Origin: Alphaproteobacteria bacterium
GTDB taxonomy: Bacteria; Pseudomonadota; Alphaproteobacteria; Bin95
DNA length: 64,000 nt
Reading direction: 5' to 3'
NCBI GenBank assembly: GCA_965205265.1
Contig: CBDBGH010000003.1
Coordinates: 4,224,001-4,288,000, forward strand
Shown here one piece after another: positions 36,369-47,723 of the stretch (positions are counted from its first letter, which is position 1; each line of letters begins with the position of its first letter). The notes under the pieces are model-generated. The model worked only from the letters and a program-made list of their open reading frames with translations. It had not been told where the DNA came from and did not search any database. Both the position numbers and the translations under genes were made by a program.

Positions 36369-36590
36369 ATGGCGGCGGTGCCAGTGCTGTCCGAGATACC
36401 GGGCACGGTGTTCAAGATCGAGGCCGGGGTCGGCGACGAGGTGGCGGAGGAGGATCCGGTGGTCATCCTGGAGTCGATGAAGATGGAGATTCCGGTGGGC
36501 GCGCCCGCGGCGGGCCGGGTTGCCGAGATTCTGGTCGAGGAGGGCGAGGCGGTCGAGGAAGGCCAGGAAGTCGCCGTCATCGAGGCCTGA
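36369..36590 (+). CDS. Free-standing biotin/lipoyl carrier protein
   Basis: 73 aa with ESMKME motif; GAGGGGG RBS. Confidence 0.88.
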   Translation: MAAVPVLSEIPGTVFKIEAGVGDEVAEEDPVVILESMKMEIPVGAPAAGRVAEILVEEGEAVEEGQEVAVIEA

Positions 36591-36603
36591 GGCAGCGAAT
36601 TCC

Positions 36604-38577
<1,974 letters not shown>

Positions 38578-38602
38578 CGCGGCGCGGAAAAGGGAGAGTC
38601 GT

Positions 38603-39071
38603 CATGCCGGAAGACCACCGCAGTTTCATGGGCCTGGCGCTGGAGGAAGCCGAACGGGGCGAGGCCGAGGGCAATGTCCCGGTCGGCTCCGTCATCGTGC
38701 GGGGCGGCGCGGTCATCGGGCGCGGGCGCAACCGCGTCGCGTCCGACCGCGACCCGACCTGCCATGCCGAGGTGGACGCGCTCCGGGACGCCTGCCGCAA
38801 TGTCGACAGCGCCGACTTATCGGGCGCCGCCTGCTACACCACGATGGAGCCCTGCCCGATGTGCTGCTGGGCGCTGCAGGAGGCGAAGGTCGCCACGCTG
38901 GTGCTGGGCGCGCGCCATGCGGAGATGCGCCGCACGGACTATGGCGGCTACAGCGTCGAGGCGCTGCTGGCGCTGACCGGGCGCCCGATGGAGATCGTCA
39001 CCGGCGTGCGCACGGCGGAATGCGAGGCCATACGCCGGAACTGGACCGGCCGGGCGGAACCGGAGGCCTGA
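38603..39071 (+). CDS. Nucleoside/nucleobase deaminase (TadA-like CDA family)
   Basis: HAE and PCPMC zinc motifs; alternative GTG start at 38574. Confidence 0.85.
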
Positions 39072-39103
39072 ACGGCGCGCGCCCGGGCAGGAAGGAGGCA
39101 GAG

Positions 39104-39952
39104 ATGGAGACGGGAAACGGCGAACTGTTCGCCGTGCTGGGCGAGCAGCGCTACCGGATCGACCGGCCCTGGGGCCGCTGGCCGGAGCATATTCCGGTCG
39201 GCATCATCAGCAAATGCGCCGTCGATGCCGAAGGCAATCTCTATGTCTGCCAGCGGCGCTCGACCCCGGTGCTGGTGTTCGATGCGCAGGGCAATTTCGT
39301 CAGAAGCTGGGGCGACGGCGAGATCGCCGACCCGCACGGCATCGCGGCGGCTCCGGACGGGCGCATCCTGGTCGTGGACCGGGACGCGCACCAGGTGCTC
39401 GTATTCGACGCGGAAGGCAGGCTGCTGCTGGCGCTGGGCGAGCGGCACCGCCCGCGCACGCAGGCGCCCTTCAACCACCCGACCGATGTCGCGGTCGGGC
39501 CGGACGGCGGCCTCTATGTGTCCGACGGCTACGGCAACACCATGGTCCACCGCTTCGCGCCCGACGGCGCGCATCTGGCGAGCTGGGGCGGGCGGGGCAG
39601 CGGCCCCGGCGAGTTCACCACGCCGCACGGCATCGGCGTGCTCGGCGACGGGCGCGTGCTGGTGGGAGACCGGGAGAACAACCGCGTGCAGGTCTTCTCG
39701 CCCGAGGGCGGCCACCTTGCGGACTTCGGCCCTTTCTACAAGCCGATGGACATCCATATCGACGGCGGGGAGCGGATTTTCGTCACGGACCAGGTCCCGC
39801 GCGTGACCGCGCTCGGCCCCGACGGGACGATCTTCGGAAGCTGCAAGCCGGTCGCGGTCATGCCGCACGGGGTCGCCGGCGCGGCAGACGGGACGCTCTA
39901 TTTCGTCGAGACCCACACCACCGTCATCACCCGCCTCGCCCCCGTCGGCTGA
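39104..39952 (+). CDS. NHL-repeat beta-propeller protein (peptidyl-alpha-hydroxyglycine lyase-like)
   Basis: Repeats PHGI, FNHPTDVAV, YVSDGYGN, DRENNRVQVF; AAGGAGG RBS. Confidence 0.85.
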   Translation: METGNGELFAVLGEQRYRIDRPWGRWPEHIPVGIISKCAVDAEGNLYVCQRRSTPVLVFDAQGNFVRSWGDGEIADPHGIAAAPDGRILVVDRDAHQVLVFDAEGRLLLALGERHRPRTQAPFNHPTDVAVGPDGGLYVSDGYGNTMVHRFAPDGAHLASWGGRGSGPGEFTTPHGIGVLGDGRVLVGDRENNRVQVFSPEGGHLADFGPFYKPMDIHIDGGERIFVTDQVPRVTALGPDGTIFGSCKPVAVMPHGVAGAADGTLYFVETHTTVITRLAPVG

Positions 39953-39961
39953 GGCGGCTGA

Positions 39962-41137
39962 CTACCCCGCGGCGCGGAGTCTGGCGAAGCCGGCTTCGAG
40001 GTCGGCGATCAGGTCTTCCGGGTCTTCCAGGCCGATATGCAGGCGGAGCAGCGGGCCGGCGGGGTTCCAGACCGTCGCCGTGCGCCAGGCCGAGGGGTCG
40101 CTCGGCACGATCAGGCTCTCGAAGCCGCCCCAGCTCGATCCCATGCCGAACAGTTCCAGCCCGTCCAGCATCGCCGCCACCGCCTCCGGCCCCGCAGGGT
40201 TGAGCAGCAGGCCGAACAGGCCGGACGCCCCGGTGAAGTCCCGCTTCCAGATCGCGTGGCCCGGATCGTCGGGCAGCGCGGGGTAGAGCACCCGCTCGAC
40301 CTCCGGCCGGCCCTGCAGCCAGGTCGCGACCCGCATCGCGTTCTCCTGATGGCGGGCGAGGCGCACGCTCATCGTGCGGATGCCGCGCGTGCCGAGATAG
40401 ATGTCGTCGGGGCCGGCGCAGAGGCCGGTCATGTTCCACCAGGCCCGCACCAGTTCGAGGCTCTCCGCATCGCGGCAGGTGACGACGCCCAGCATCGCGT
40501 CGGAATGGCCGACGATATATTTGGTCGCGGCGTGGATGGAGATGTCTACGCCATGGTCGAAGGGCTTGAAATAGAGCGGCGTCGCCCAGGTGTTGTCGAT
40601 CGCGACGCGCGCGCCATGGGCATGGGCCGCCTCGGCGATGGCCGGCACGTCCTGCATCTCGAAGGTCTGCGAGCCGGGCGCCTCCAGATAGACCAGCTTC
40701 GTCTCCGGGCGCATGAGTTCTGCGATGCCGGCGCCGATGCCGGGGTCGAAGAAGGTCGCCCCGATGCCGTGGCGCGGCAGCGCCTCGGTGGCGTAGCGCC
40801 TTGCCGGGGCATAGACGCAGTCCGCCACCAGCACATGGTCGCCGGCCGACAGCATGGAGGAATAGCCGAGCGCGACCGCCGCCATGCCGGAGGGGCAGAT
40901 GACCGCGCCGTGCGCGCCCTCGATCTCCGCCACCACGTCCTCCAGGGTGAACATGGTGGGCGTGCCGCGCCGTCCGTAGGCCGAGTCGCGCGGGCCCTTC
41001 GGCGCAAGCCGCTCGGCCACCGTGCGGGAGAGGATCGTCGAGGCGCGGAAGACCGGCGTGTTGACGACACCGAAGAAGTCGTGCGGATGGCGCCCCGCAT
41101 GCGTGAGCACCGTGTCCGGGCGTTTTCCCTCTGTCAT
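39962..41137 (-). CDS. metC: Cystathionine beta-lyase
   Basis: YGRRGTPT, IDNTWATP, AATKYIVGHSD, SWGGFESL, LHIGLED. Confidence 0.92.
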   Translation of the reverse strand: MTEGKRPDTVLTHAGRHPHDFFGVVNTPVFRASTILSRTVAERLAPKGPRDSAYGRRGTPTMFTLEDVVAEIEGAHGAVICPSGMAAVALGYSSMLSAGDHVLVADCVYAPARRYATEALPRHGIGATFFDPGIGAGIAELMRPETKLVYLEAPGSQTFEMQDVPAIAEAAHAHGARVAIDNTWATPLYFKPFDHGVDISIHAATKYIVGHSDAMLGVVTCRDAESLELVRAWWNMTGLCAGPDDIYLGTRGIRTMSVRLARHQENAMRVATWLQGRPEVERVLYPALPDDPGHAIWKRDFTGASGLFGLLLNPAGPEAVAAMLDGLELFGMGSSWGGFESLIVPSDPSAWRTATVWNPAGPLLRLHIGLEDPEDLIADLEAGFARLRAAG

Positions 41138-41952
41138 GGTTCTACCGGCGTGTCCTCTCGCGATCCCCATTCGCTCCACGAGCCGTCATAGACGGCCGCA
41201 TCGGTGCGTCCCAGTTCGTAGAGCCCGAGCGCCAGCACGGCGGCCGTGACCCCGGACCCGCAGGTCGTCGCCACGGGCTTCTCCAGGTCCAGCCCCGCCG
41301 CCTCGAAGGCCGCCCGGAGCGCCGCCCGGTCCCGGAAGGTGCGGCTCTCCGGGTCCAGGATCTCCGTATAGGGCAGGTTGAGGCTGCCGGGGATATGGCC
41401 GCTGCGCATGCCGGCCCTCGGCTCCGGCTCCGTGCCGTGGAAGCGCCCGGCGCTGCGCGCATCCAGCACCTGCTCGGCCCGGCTTTCGATATTGGCCAGC
41501 ATGTCCGAGCGCGCCCGCACCAGCGCCGGCCGCGCGCTTGCCGCATAGCCCGCCTCGACCGGACGGCCCTCGGCGCGCCATTTCGGCAGGCCGCCGTCGA
41601 GCACGCGCACGCGCTCATGGCCGAAGGCCCGGAAGGTCCACCAGACGCGCGCCGCGCCCGTGGTGCCGACCGCGTCATAGACCGCGACTTCGTCGTCCCG
41701 CGCGATCCCCATCGCCCCCATGGCGAGCGCGAAACCCTTCTCGTCCGGCAGCATGTGCGGCAGGTCCGAGGTCTTGTCGGCCACGCCGTCTATGTCGAAA
41801 AACCGCGCGCCCGGAATATGCGCCTCCAGGAACTCCGCCCCGGCGTCGCGCCCGGCGGTTGGCAGGTGGTGGCTGCCGTCCAGAACGACGACCTCGCCGA
41901 GCCGCCGGGCCAGCTCCCCGGTGGAAATCAGCGCAGAGATCGGCCCGCTCAT
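41134..41952 (-). CDS. sseA: 3-mercaptopyruvate sulfurtransferase
   Basis: HIPGA, LPHMLP, CGSGVTA active loop, YDGSWSEW. Confidence 0.92.
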   Translation of the reverse strand: MSGPISALISTGELARRLGEVVVLDGSHHLPTAGRDAGAEFLEAHIPGARFFDIDGVADKTSDLPHMLPDEKGFALAMGAMGIARDDEVAVYDAVGTTGAARVWWTFRAFGHERVRVLDGGLPKWRAEGRPVEAGYAASARPALVRARSDMLANIESRAEQVLDARSAGRFHGTEPEPRAGMRSGHIPGSLNLPYTEILDPESRTFRDRAALRAAFEAAGLDLEKPVATTCGSGVTAAVLALGLYELGRTDAAVYDGSWSEWGSREDTPVEP

Positions 41953-42665
41953 GCGCCCTCCTCCTCCAGATGGACATTGATGCGCCGGTTGCGCCGGCCC
42001 TTCTTCTCGATCTTGCCGATGCGCACGCGCCCGATCTCGCCCGTCCGCGCGACATGGGTGCCGCCGCAGGGCTGGAGGTCCACGCCGGCACCGATCTCCA
42101 GCACGCGCACCCACCCGGCCCCGCGCGGCGGCTGCACCGACATGGTGCGCACCAGCTCCGGATTGGCGTCGAGCTCGGCCTCGTCGATCCAGCGCGGGAC
42201 GACCGGATGGTCCGCTGCGATCAGCGCGTTCAGCGCCTCGCCCAGCGCCTCCTTGTCCAGCACCGGGTCCGGCAGGTCGAAATCGAGCCGGCTCTTCGAC
42301 TCGCCGACCGAGCCGCCGGTCACGCCTCCCTCTACCACGGCGGAGAGCAGGTGCAGGCAGGTGTGCATGCGCATGTGCCGGTAGCGCCGCTCCCAGTCGA
42401 TCTCGACCCTGACCTTCGCCCCGACGGGGGGCGGCGCTATGCCCTCCGGGAGGGGGTGGAGGATAGAGTCCCCCTCGCCCTTCGCCGCCGGCAGCACGGC
42501 GAAGACCGCGCCGCTTTCGTCCACCAGCCGGCCGGTATCGCCCGGCTGGCCGCCGCCGGTCGGGTAGAACACGGTGCGGTCGAGCGTAACGCCGGCCGGC
42601 CCTGCGGCCGTCACCGCGGCGTCGCAGACCCGCGCATAGGCGTCGTCGCGGAAGACGAGTTCCAT
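41949..42665 (-). CDS. AlaX alanyl-tRNA editing protein
   Basis: FYPTGGGQPGD, HMRMHTCLH, CGGTH zinc motifs. Confidence 0.92.
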   Translation of the reverse strand: MELVFRDDAYARVCDAAVTAAGPAGVTLDRTVFYPTGGGQPGDTGRLVDESGAVFAVLPAAKGEGDSILHPLPEGIAPPPVGAKVRVEIDWERRYRHMRMHTCLHLLSAVVEGGVTGGSVGESKSRLDFDLPDPVLDKEALGEALNALIAADHPVVPRWIDEAELDANPELVRTMSVQPPRGAGWVRVLEIGAGVDLQPCGGTHVARTGEIGRVRIGKIEKKGRRNRRINVHLEEEGA

Positions 42666-43237
42666 GGCCCCTCTCTCCGTATCTGGACTCTTCCGCGCCG
42701 GACTATAGGCCCCCCGCCCCGCCCGCACTATCCCGCAGGACGGTCGCCGCATCCTTGCGTCCGCCACCGGCCCGGCAAGGCGGCGCGGATCCCACCGGAA
42801 ATCGATGATCGTTCACTATTTTAGAAAAAATTCATTCCATAGGATTGACATGGGGAGGCCGAACAGCCATATGAGGGGCCGGAGGAAAGAAGCGGCATCC
42901 GGAGGCCGTTTCGGTTCGCGCCGACGCGAAAAAAGCTCCCGATTCGGCCAACAGGCGAAGTGCGCCCTGTGCCTCGCTCGTGCGCGCGGGCGCATCCGGG
43001 CAATCAGGCGCGCGAACCGCGCCGGCGCGAAACGCCCGCCCGCGGGCGCGGGCGCCCGCGCGCATTACGCGCGAATTCAGGGTCCCGCCGCAGGGGGCAG
43101 GTCGGTGGCAGGGAGGAAGGAACGGAGTGGAACATATCGGAACCCGATGGAGGAACGACATGCAGGATGGTGAAGCCGGGGCCTTGCGCGGCCGGAGCAG
43201 CGCTGCCCGAGGTCCCGGATCGATACTCCGCGCCGGC

Positions 43238-43284
43238 CCTCTCCTCGTCATACCCGGACTTGTTCCGGGTATGACGAGGAGAGG
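43238..43284. repeat. Perfect 21-bp-stem REP-like hairpin (GTCATACCCGG family)
   Basis: cctctcctcgtcatacccgga-cttgt-tccgggtatgacgaggagagg. Confidence 0.85.
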
Positions 43285-43402
43285 CGTTCGGGCATGACGG
43301 GGAGAGGGGGCCTGCCTCATGCCCGAAAGGGTCGCTGCCTATGCGCCGCGCGCATGCGGATCATGACATAGCATGACATATCATGACGCGGTGCAGGGGC
43401 GC

Positions 43403-44188
43403 TCACGAACGCGGGCGGCCGGGGATGTGGTTGAAGATCGATTCCGCGAGGCCGCCGTCGGTCAGGATCACCTGCCCGGTGACATAGCGGGAATCGGGGC
43501 CGAGCAGGAAGGCGATGATGTCCGCGATATCCTCCGGCTGCGCCACCCGGCCCATCGGCACCAGAGCCTCGCGCGCCGCCTTCACCTCCGGGTCCGCATA
43601 CATCGCCTCGGTCATCATGGTGCGCACGAGGCCGGGCGAGACGCAGTTGACGCGGATGCCGTCCGCCGCCCATTCCTGCGCCATCTGCTTGGCGAGGATG
43701 ATGACGCCGGCCTTGCTGGCCGAATAGGCGCCCATGCCGCTATGCGGGTTCATGCCGGACATGGAGGCCGTGACGGCGATCGCGCCTCCAGTCTCCTTCA
43801 GATGCGGGTGCGCCGCCTTGCCGAGCAGCCAGGTCGCGCGGGTGTTGACGTTCATGGTGAGGTCCCATTCGTCGAGCCCGAGCGTCGCCAGCGGGGCGGG
43901 CGCGGCGAGACCGGCATTGGAGACGAGCGCGTCGATGCCGCCCATGGCGTCCGCCGCCGCCGCGACGAGGCGCGCGGGCTCCTCCGGGTCGCCGAGGTCG
44001 CCCATGAAGGGCGTGGCCTCCACCCCTTCCTCGCGCAACTCGGCGAGCAGGGCGTCGAGCTCGTCCTCATGCGCCCGGTCCACCGCGGCGATATGCGCCG
44101 GCCGGTTGCTGCGCCTAGCGTCCTGCGCGAGCCTCCGGCAGACCGCCCGCCCGATGCCGCGCGCCGCGCCCGTCACGATGGTCCTCAT
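43403..44188 (-). CDS. Short-chain dehydrogenase/reductase
   Basis: TGAARGIG, SNAG, YSASK, VNCVSPG, DGG. Confidence 0.92.
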   Translation of the reverse strand: MRTIVTGAARGIGRAVCRRLAQDARRSNRPAHIAAVDRAHEDELDALLAELREEGVEATPFMGDLGDPEEPARLVAAAADAMGGIDALVSNAGLAAPAPLATLGLDEWDLTMNVNTRATWLLGKAAHPHLKETGGAIAVTASMSGMNPHSGMGAYSASKAGVIILAKQMAQEWAADGIRVNCVSPGLVRTMMTEAMYADPEVKAAREALVPMGRVAQPEDIADIIAFLLGPDSRYVTGQVILTDGGLAESIFNHIPGRPRS

Positions 44189-44275
44189 CTGTCCCCGTGC
44201 CTCCCTTTTCCGGCCATGCTACATGAGCGGGCCCACCGCGCCAGCCCGGCAGCCCCGATTACGAGGTAAGACGAC

Positions 44276-45220
44276 ATGGCCGACCCCATCCACCACAGGG
44301 TCCTGATCCTCGGCTCCGGCCCCGCCGGCTACACGGCCGCCATCTATGCCGCGCGCGCCGCGCTCGGGCCCGGCCTCGTGCAGGGCATGGCGCCGGGCGG
44401 GCAGCTCACCATCACCACCGACGTGGAGAACTATCCGGGCTTCGCCGACGTGATCCAGGGGCCGTGGCTGATGGAGCAGATGGAGGCGCAGGCCCGGCAT
44501 GTCGGCACCGAGACCTATTTCGACATGATCGTGGAATGCGACTTCGAGGCCCGGCCGATGGTCTGCAGGGGCGACAGCGGGCAGGTCTATACGGCCGACG
44601 CGGTCGTGATCTCGACCGGGGCGGAGGCCAAGTGGCTCGGCCTGCCGAGCGAGGAGCGCTTCCGGGGCTTCGGCGTCTCCGCCTGCGCCACCTGCGACGG
44701 CTTCTTCTTCCGCGACCGCGAGGTGCTGGTGGTGGGCGGCGGCAACACGGCGGTCGAGGAGGCGCTCTACCTCACCAACCACGCCAGCAGGGTGTCGGTG
44801 GTGCACCGGCGCGACAGCCTGAGGGCGGAGAAGATCCTCCAGGAGCGGCTTTTCCGGAACGAGAAGATCGAGATGGTCTGGGACACGGTGCTGGAGGAGG
44901 TGCTGGGCGGGGGCGAGCCGGCGGGCGTGACCGGGGCGAAGCTGCGCCATGTGAAGACGGACGCCGTGACCGAGCGCGCCGTGGACGGCGTGTTCATCGC
45001 CATCGGCCACCGGCCCAATACGGACATCTTCCGCGGCCTGCTGGAGATGGACGGGGAAGGCTATCTCGTCACCCGCCCGGACAGCACCGTCACCTCCCTG
45101 CCGGGCGTGTTCGCGGCGGGCGATGTCAAGGACAAGGTCTTCCGCCAGGCCGTCACCGCCGCCGGCCTCGGCTGCATGGCGGCGCTCGAAGCCGAGAAAT
45201 ACCTGGCGGCGATGGAGTAG
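44276..45220 (+). CDS. trxB: Thioredoxin reductase
   Basis: GSGPAGYTAA, CATCDG, GGGNTA, GVFAAGDV. Confidence 0.97.
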   Translation: MADPIHHRVLILGSGPAGYTAAIYAARAALGPGLVQGMAPGGQLTITTDVENYPGFADVIQGPWLMEQMEAQARHVGTETYFDMIVECDFEARPMVCRGDSGQVYTADAVVISTGAEAKWLGLPSEERFRGFGVSACATCDGFFFRDREVLVVGGGNTAVEEALYLTNHASRVSVVHRRDSLRAEKILQERLFRNEKIEMVWDTVLEEVLGGGEPAGVTGAKLRHVKTDAVTERAVDGVFIAIGHRPNTDIFRGLLEMDGEGYLVTRPDSTVTSLPGVFAAGDVKDKVFRQAVTAAGLGCMAALEAEKYLAAME

Positions 45221-45224
45221 CGAT

Positions 45225-46481
45225 ATGGCGACAGACAAACTCACGGTGAACGGCATTGAGTACCGCCGGCCGGCGCGGCCGCTGGTCGTGGTGTGCATCG
45301 ACGGCGGGGACCCGGCCTATATCGAGCACGGCCTGGAAGCGGGCTACCTCCCCAATATCGCCCGCTACATGCAGGACGGCTTCCACACGGTGGCGCAGGG
45401 CACCATGCCGAGCTTCACCTGCCCCAACAACATGTCCATCGTCACCGGCCGCCCGGCCTCGGTGCACGGCATTTCCGGCAATTTCTACCTCGACCGCGCG
45501 ACGAACGAGCCGGTGGTGATGACGGGGCCGGAACTGCTGGAGGTCAACTCGGTGATGAGCGAATTCTCGCGCAAGGGCCTGCGCGTCGCTTCCATCACCG
45601 CCAAGGACAAGCTCCGCCGCCAGCTCCAGAAGGGCATGGACCTCTCGGCCGGCTCGGTCAGCTTCTCCTCCCAGCATGCCGACCGCTGCACGATGGAGGA
45701 GAACGGCATCGAGGATGTGCTCGGCTTCGTCGGCCGGCCGCTGCCGGACATGTATTCGGCGGACCTCTCGCTGTTCGTGCTGGACGCCGGGCTGAAGCTG
45801 CTGGAAGAGCGCCGCCCGGACATGCTCTACCTCTCGCTCACCGACTATATCCAGCACGCCTATGCGCCGGGGCACCCGGAGGCCGACCGCTTCTATACGA
45901 AGATGGACAGGCGCTTCGGCGCCTTCGAGGAGCTGGGCGCAACCGTGGCGCTGACCGCCGACCACGGCATGAACGACAAGGCGGATGCGGACGGCGAGCC
46001 CTGCGTGGTCTGGCTGCAGGACATTCTGGACAGGGAGTTCGGCGCGGGGTCGAACATCGTCATCTGCCCGATCACCGACGCCTTTGTGGGCCATCACGGC
46101 TCGCTCGGCGGCTTCGTGCGCGTCTATTGCCGCGAGGGGCTGTCGGTCGAGCGGGCGGCCGAGGCCGTCGCGGATGCGCCGGGCGTGGAGCGGGTGCTCA
46201 CCCGCGATGCGGCGGCGCGGGAGCTCGACCTGCCTTACGGCCGCGAAGGGGACCTGGCGGTGCTGGCCGACATCCGCACCGTCATCGGGGCCCGCGAGGC
46301 GGACCACGACCTGAGCGGGCTCAAGGGCCACAGGCTGCGCACCCATGGCAGCCTGCACGAGGCCCATGTGCCGATCCTCCTGAGCCGCCCGGTGAGCGAC
46401 CACTACGCCCGCCGCGCCGAGGAAAGGCGCCTGCACAGCTACGAGGCGTTCGACTACGCGCTCAACGGCATCGTCGATTGA
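45225..46481 (+). CDS. phnA: Phosphonoacetate hydrolase
   Basis: VNG..Y..P..P.VVVCIDG, MPSFT.PNN.SI, ITAKDKLR, YLSLTDY.QH, TADHGM, HHG.LG; alkaline-phosphatase superfamily. Confidence 0.87.
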   Translation: MATDKLTVNGIEYRRPARPLVVVCIDGGDPAYIEHGLEAGYLPNIARYMQDGFHTVAQGTMPSFTCPNNMSIVTGRPASVHGISGNFYLDRATNEPVVMTGPELLEVNSVMSEFSRKGLRVASITAKDKLRRQLQKGMDLSAGSVSFSSQHADRCTMEENGIEDVLGFVGRPLPDMYSADLSLFVLDAGLKLLEERRPDMLYLSLTDYIQHAYAPGHPEADRFYTKMDRRFGAFEELGATVALTADHGMNDKADADGEPCVVWLQDILDREFGAGSNIVICPITDAFVGHHGSLGGFVRVYCREGLSVERAAEAVADAPGVERVLTRDAAARELDLPYGREGDLAVLADIRTVIGAREADHDLSGLKGHRLRTHGSLHEAHVPILLSRPVSDHYARRAEERRLHSYEAFDYALNGIVD

Positions 46482-46518
46482 TTATGGTTGGCTTTAACTC
46501 GTCAATGACAACGAGGAA

Positions 46519-47043
46519 ATGATGCATTATCGAGCAATTGGGAAAACAATATTCGTTTTCTTCGCAATATGTACCTTCTCCACTTTCAGTGTTGCTTCGA
46601 CAGATGTTCAGAAACGCTTTTGGGCATTGCAGAAGTCCGACCCCGAACTCTTTCGTCTAATTATGAGGTTAATCAAGAAGCCAGATGTACCTGGCGGATT
46701 TGATTTGAGAACTCGTTCTGCTGAATTAGATTGTCAAGAGAGTTATGGTCAAGGGTTTGACTCATGTAGTGCAGTTATAAGAGTCTCAATCACAAACTTT
46801 TCGGACTATCATGACAATCGGTCTGCGACTCTACAGGTGAAGTGCACAGCTGATCTACAAACAAAAAGAAAGGGTAGTTACATTCGCAGTAATACTACTG
46901 AAACCAAGACAGAAGACATTTATTCTTATGGAGGAGGAGATGTCCAAGAAAAAGTAGAGATAGAATTTTTGTTTAGTAGTTTTTCTCCCACCACTTCTGC
47001 AAAAATCACAGATGTAAAATGTGAGATTGTTAGCATTTATTGA
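46519..47043 (+). CDS. Hypothetical secreted protein, strongly AT-rich (probably horizontally acquired)
   Basis: 174-aa ORF with GAGGA RBS and signal-peptide-like N-terminus; 4 Cys in the mature part; composition differs sharply from the flanks. Confidence 0.75.
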   Translation: MMHYRAIGKTIFVFFAICTFSTFSVASTDVQKRFWALQKSDPELFRLIMRLIKKPDVPGGFDLRTRSAELDCQESYGQGFDSCSAVIRVSITNFSDYHDNRSATLQVKCTADLQTKRKGSYIRSNTTETKTEDIYSYGGGDVQEKVEIEFLFSSFSPTTSAKITDVKCEIVSIY

Positions 47044-47126
47044 TGAAGAATGAGCCTTCGCACCGAGCTGAACCGGTCGAGGACCGGCCCGGATCGCAGT
47101 CCGGGGCGACACTTTGGGCCGCGGCC

Positions 47127-47723
47127 TCAGGCGCGGGTAGCCGCCAGCCACTCGCCGATCCGCGCTTCCGGGTCGGGGTTGAGCGTGATGTCGGTGACGG
47201 CGGAGAGGATGTCGGCGCCGGCCTCCAGCACGCCGGGCGCGCGCTCTACCGTCAGCCCGCCGATGGCGACCAGCGGCAGCGCGCCGACGCGCCGCTTCCA
47301 TTCGCCGACCCGCCCGAGCCCCTGCGGGCCGAAGCGCATCGCCTTCAGGATGGTCGGATAGACCGGCCCGAGCGCCACATAGTCGGGCTCGGTCGCCAGC
47401 GCCCGGTCGAGCTCGCCCGCGTCATGCGTGCTGACGCCGAGGCTGAGGCCGGCAGCCCGGACGGCGTCAAGGTCCGCCCCGTCCAGGTCTTCCTGGCCGA
47501 GATGGACGAAATCGCAGCCCTCCTCGATGGCGAGCCGCCAGTAGTCGTTGACGACGAGCCGGCAGTCATGCGCCGCGCAGACCGTCTTCGCCCGGCGGAT
47601 TTCGGCGCGCAGCTCCGTCTCCGGCCTGTCCTTGATGCGCAATTGCACGAGCCGGATGCCGAGCGGCACCAGCCGTTCCAGCCATGCCGCGCTGTCGAAG
47701 ATCGGGTAGAAGCGGTCAAGCAT
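47127..47723 (-). CDS. thiE: Thiamine phosphate synthase
   Basis: VQLRIK, VNDYW, HLGQED, GVSTH, VAIGG. Confidence 0.93.
   Translation of the reverse strand: MLDRFYPIFDSAAWLERLVPLGIRLVQLRIKDRPETELRAEIRRAKTVCAAHDCRLVVNDYWRLAIEEGCDFVHLGQEDLDGADLDAVRAAGLSLGVSTHDAGELDRALATEPDYVALGPVYPTILKAMRFGPQGLGRVGEWKRRVGALPLVAIGGLTVERAPGVLEAGADILSAVTDITLNPDPEARIGEWLAATRA

Noticed and set aside
46482-47126. Integron cassette (attC) around the AT-rich orphan
   Set aside because: No clear RYYYAAC…GTTRRRY paired site downstream and no integron integrase in the window.
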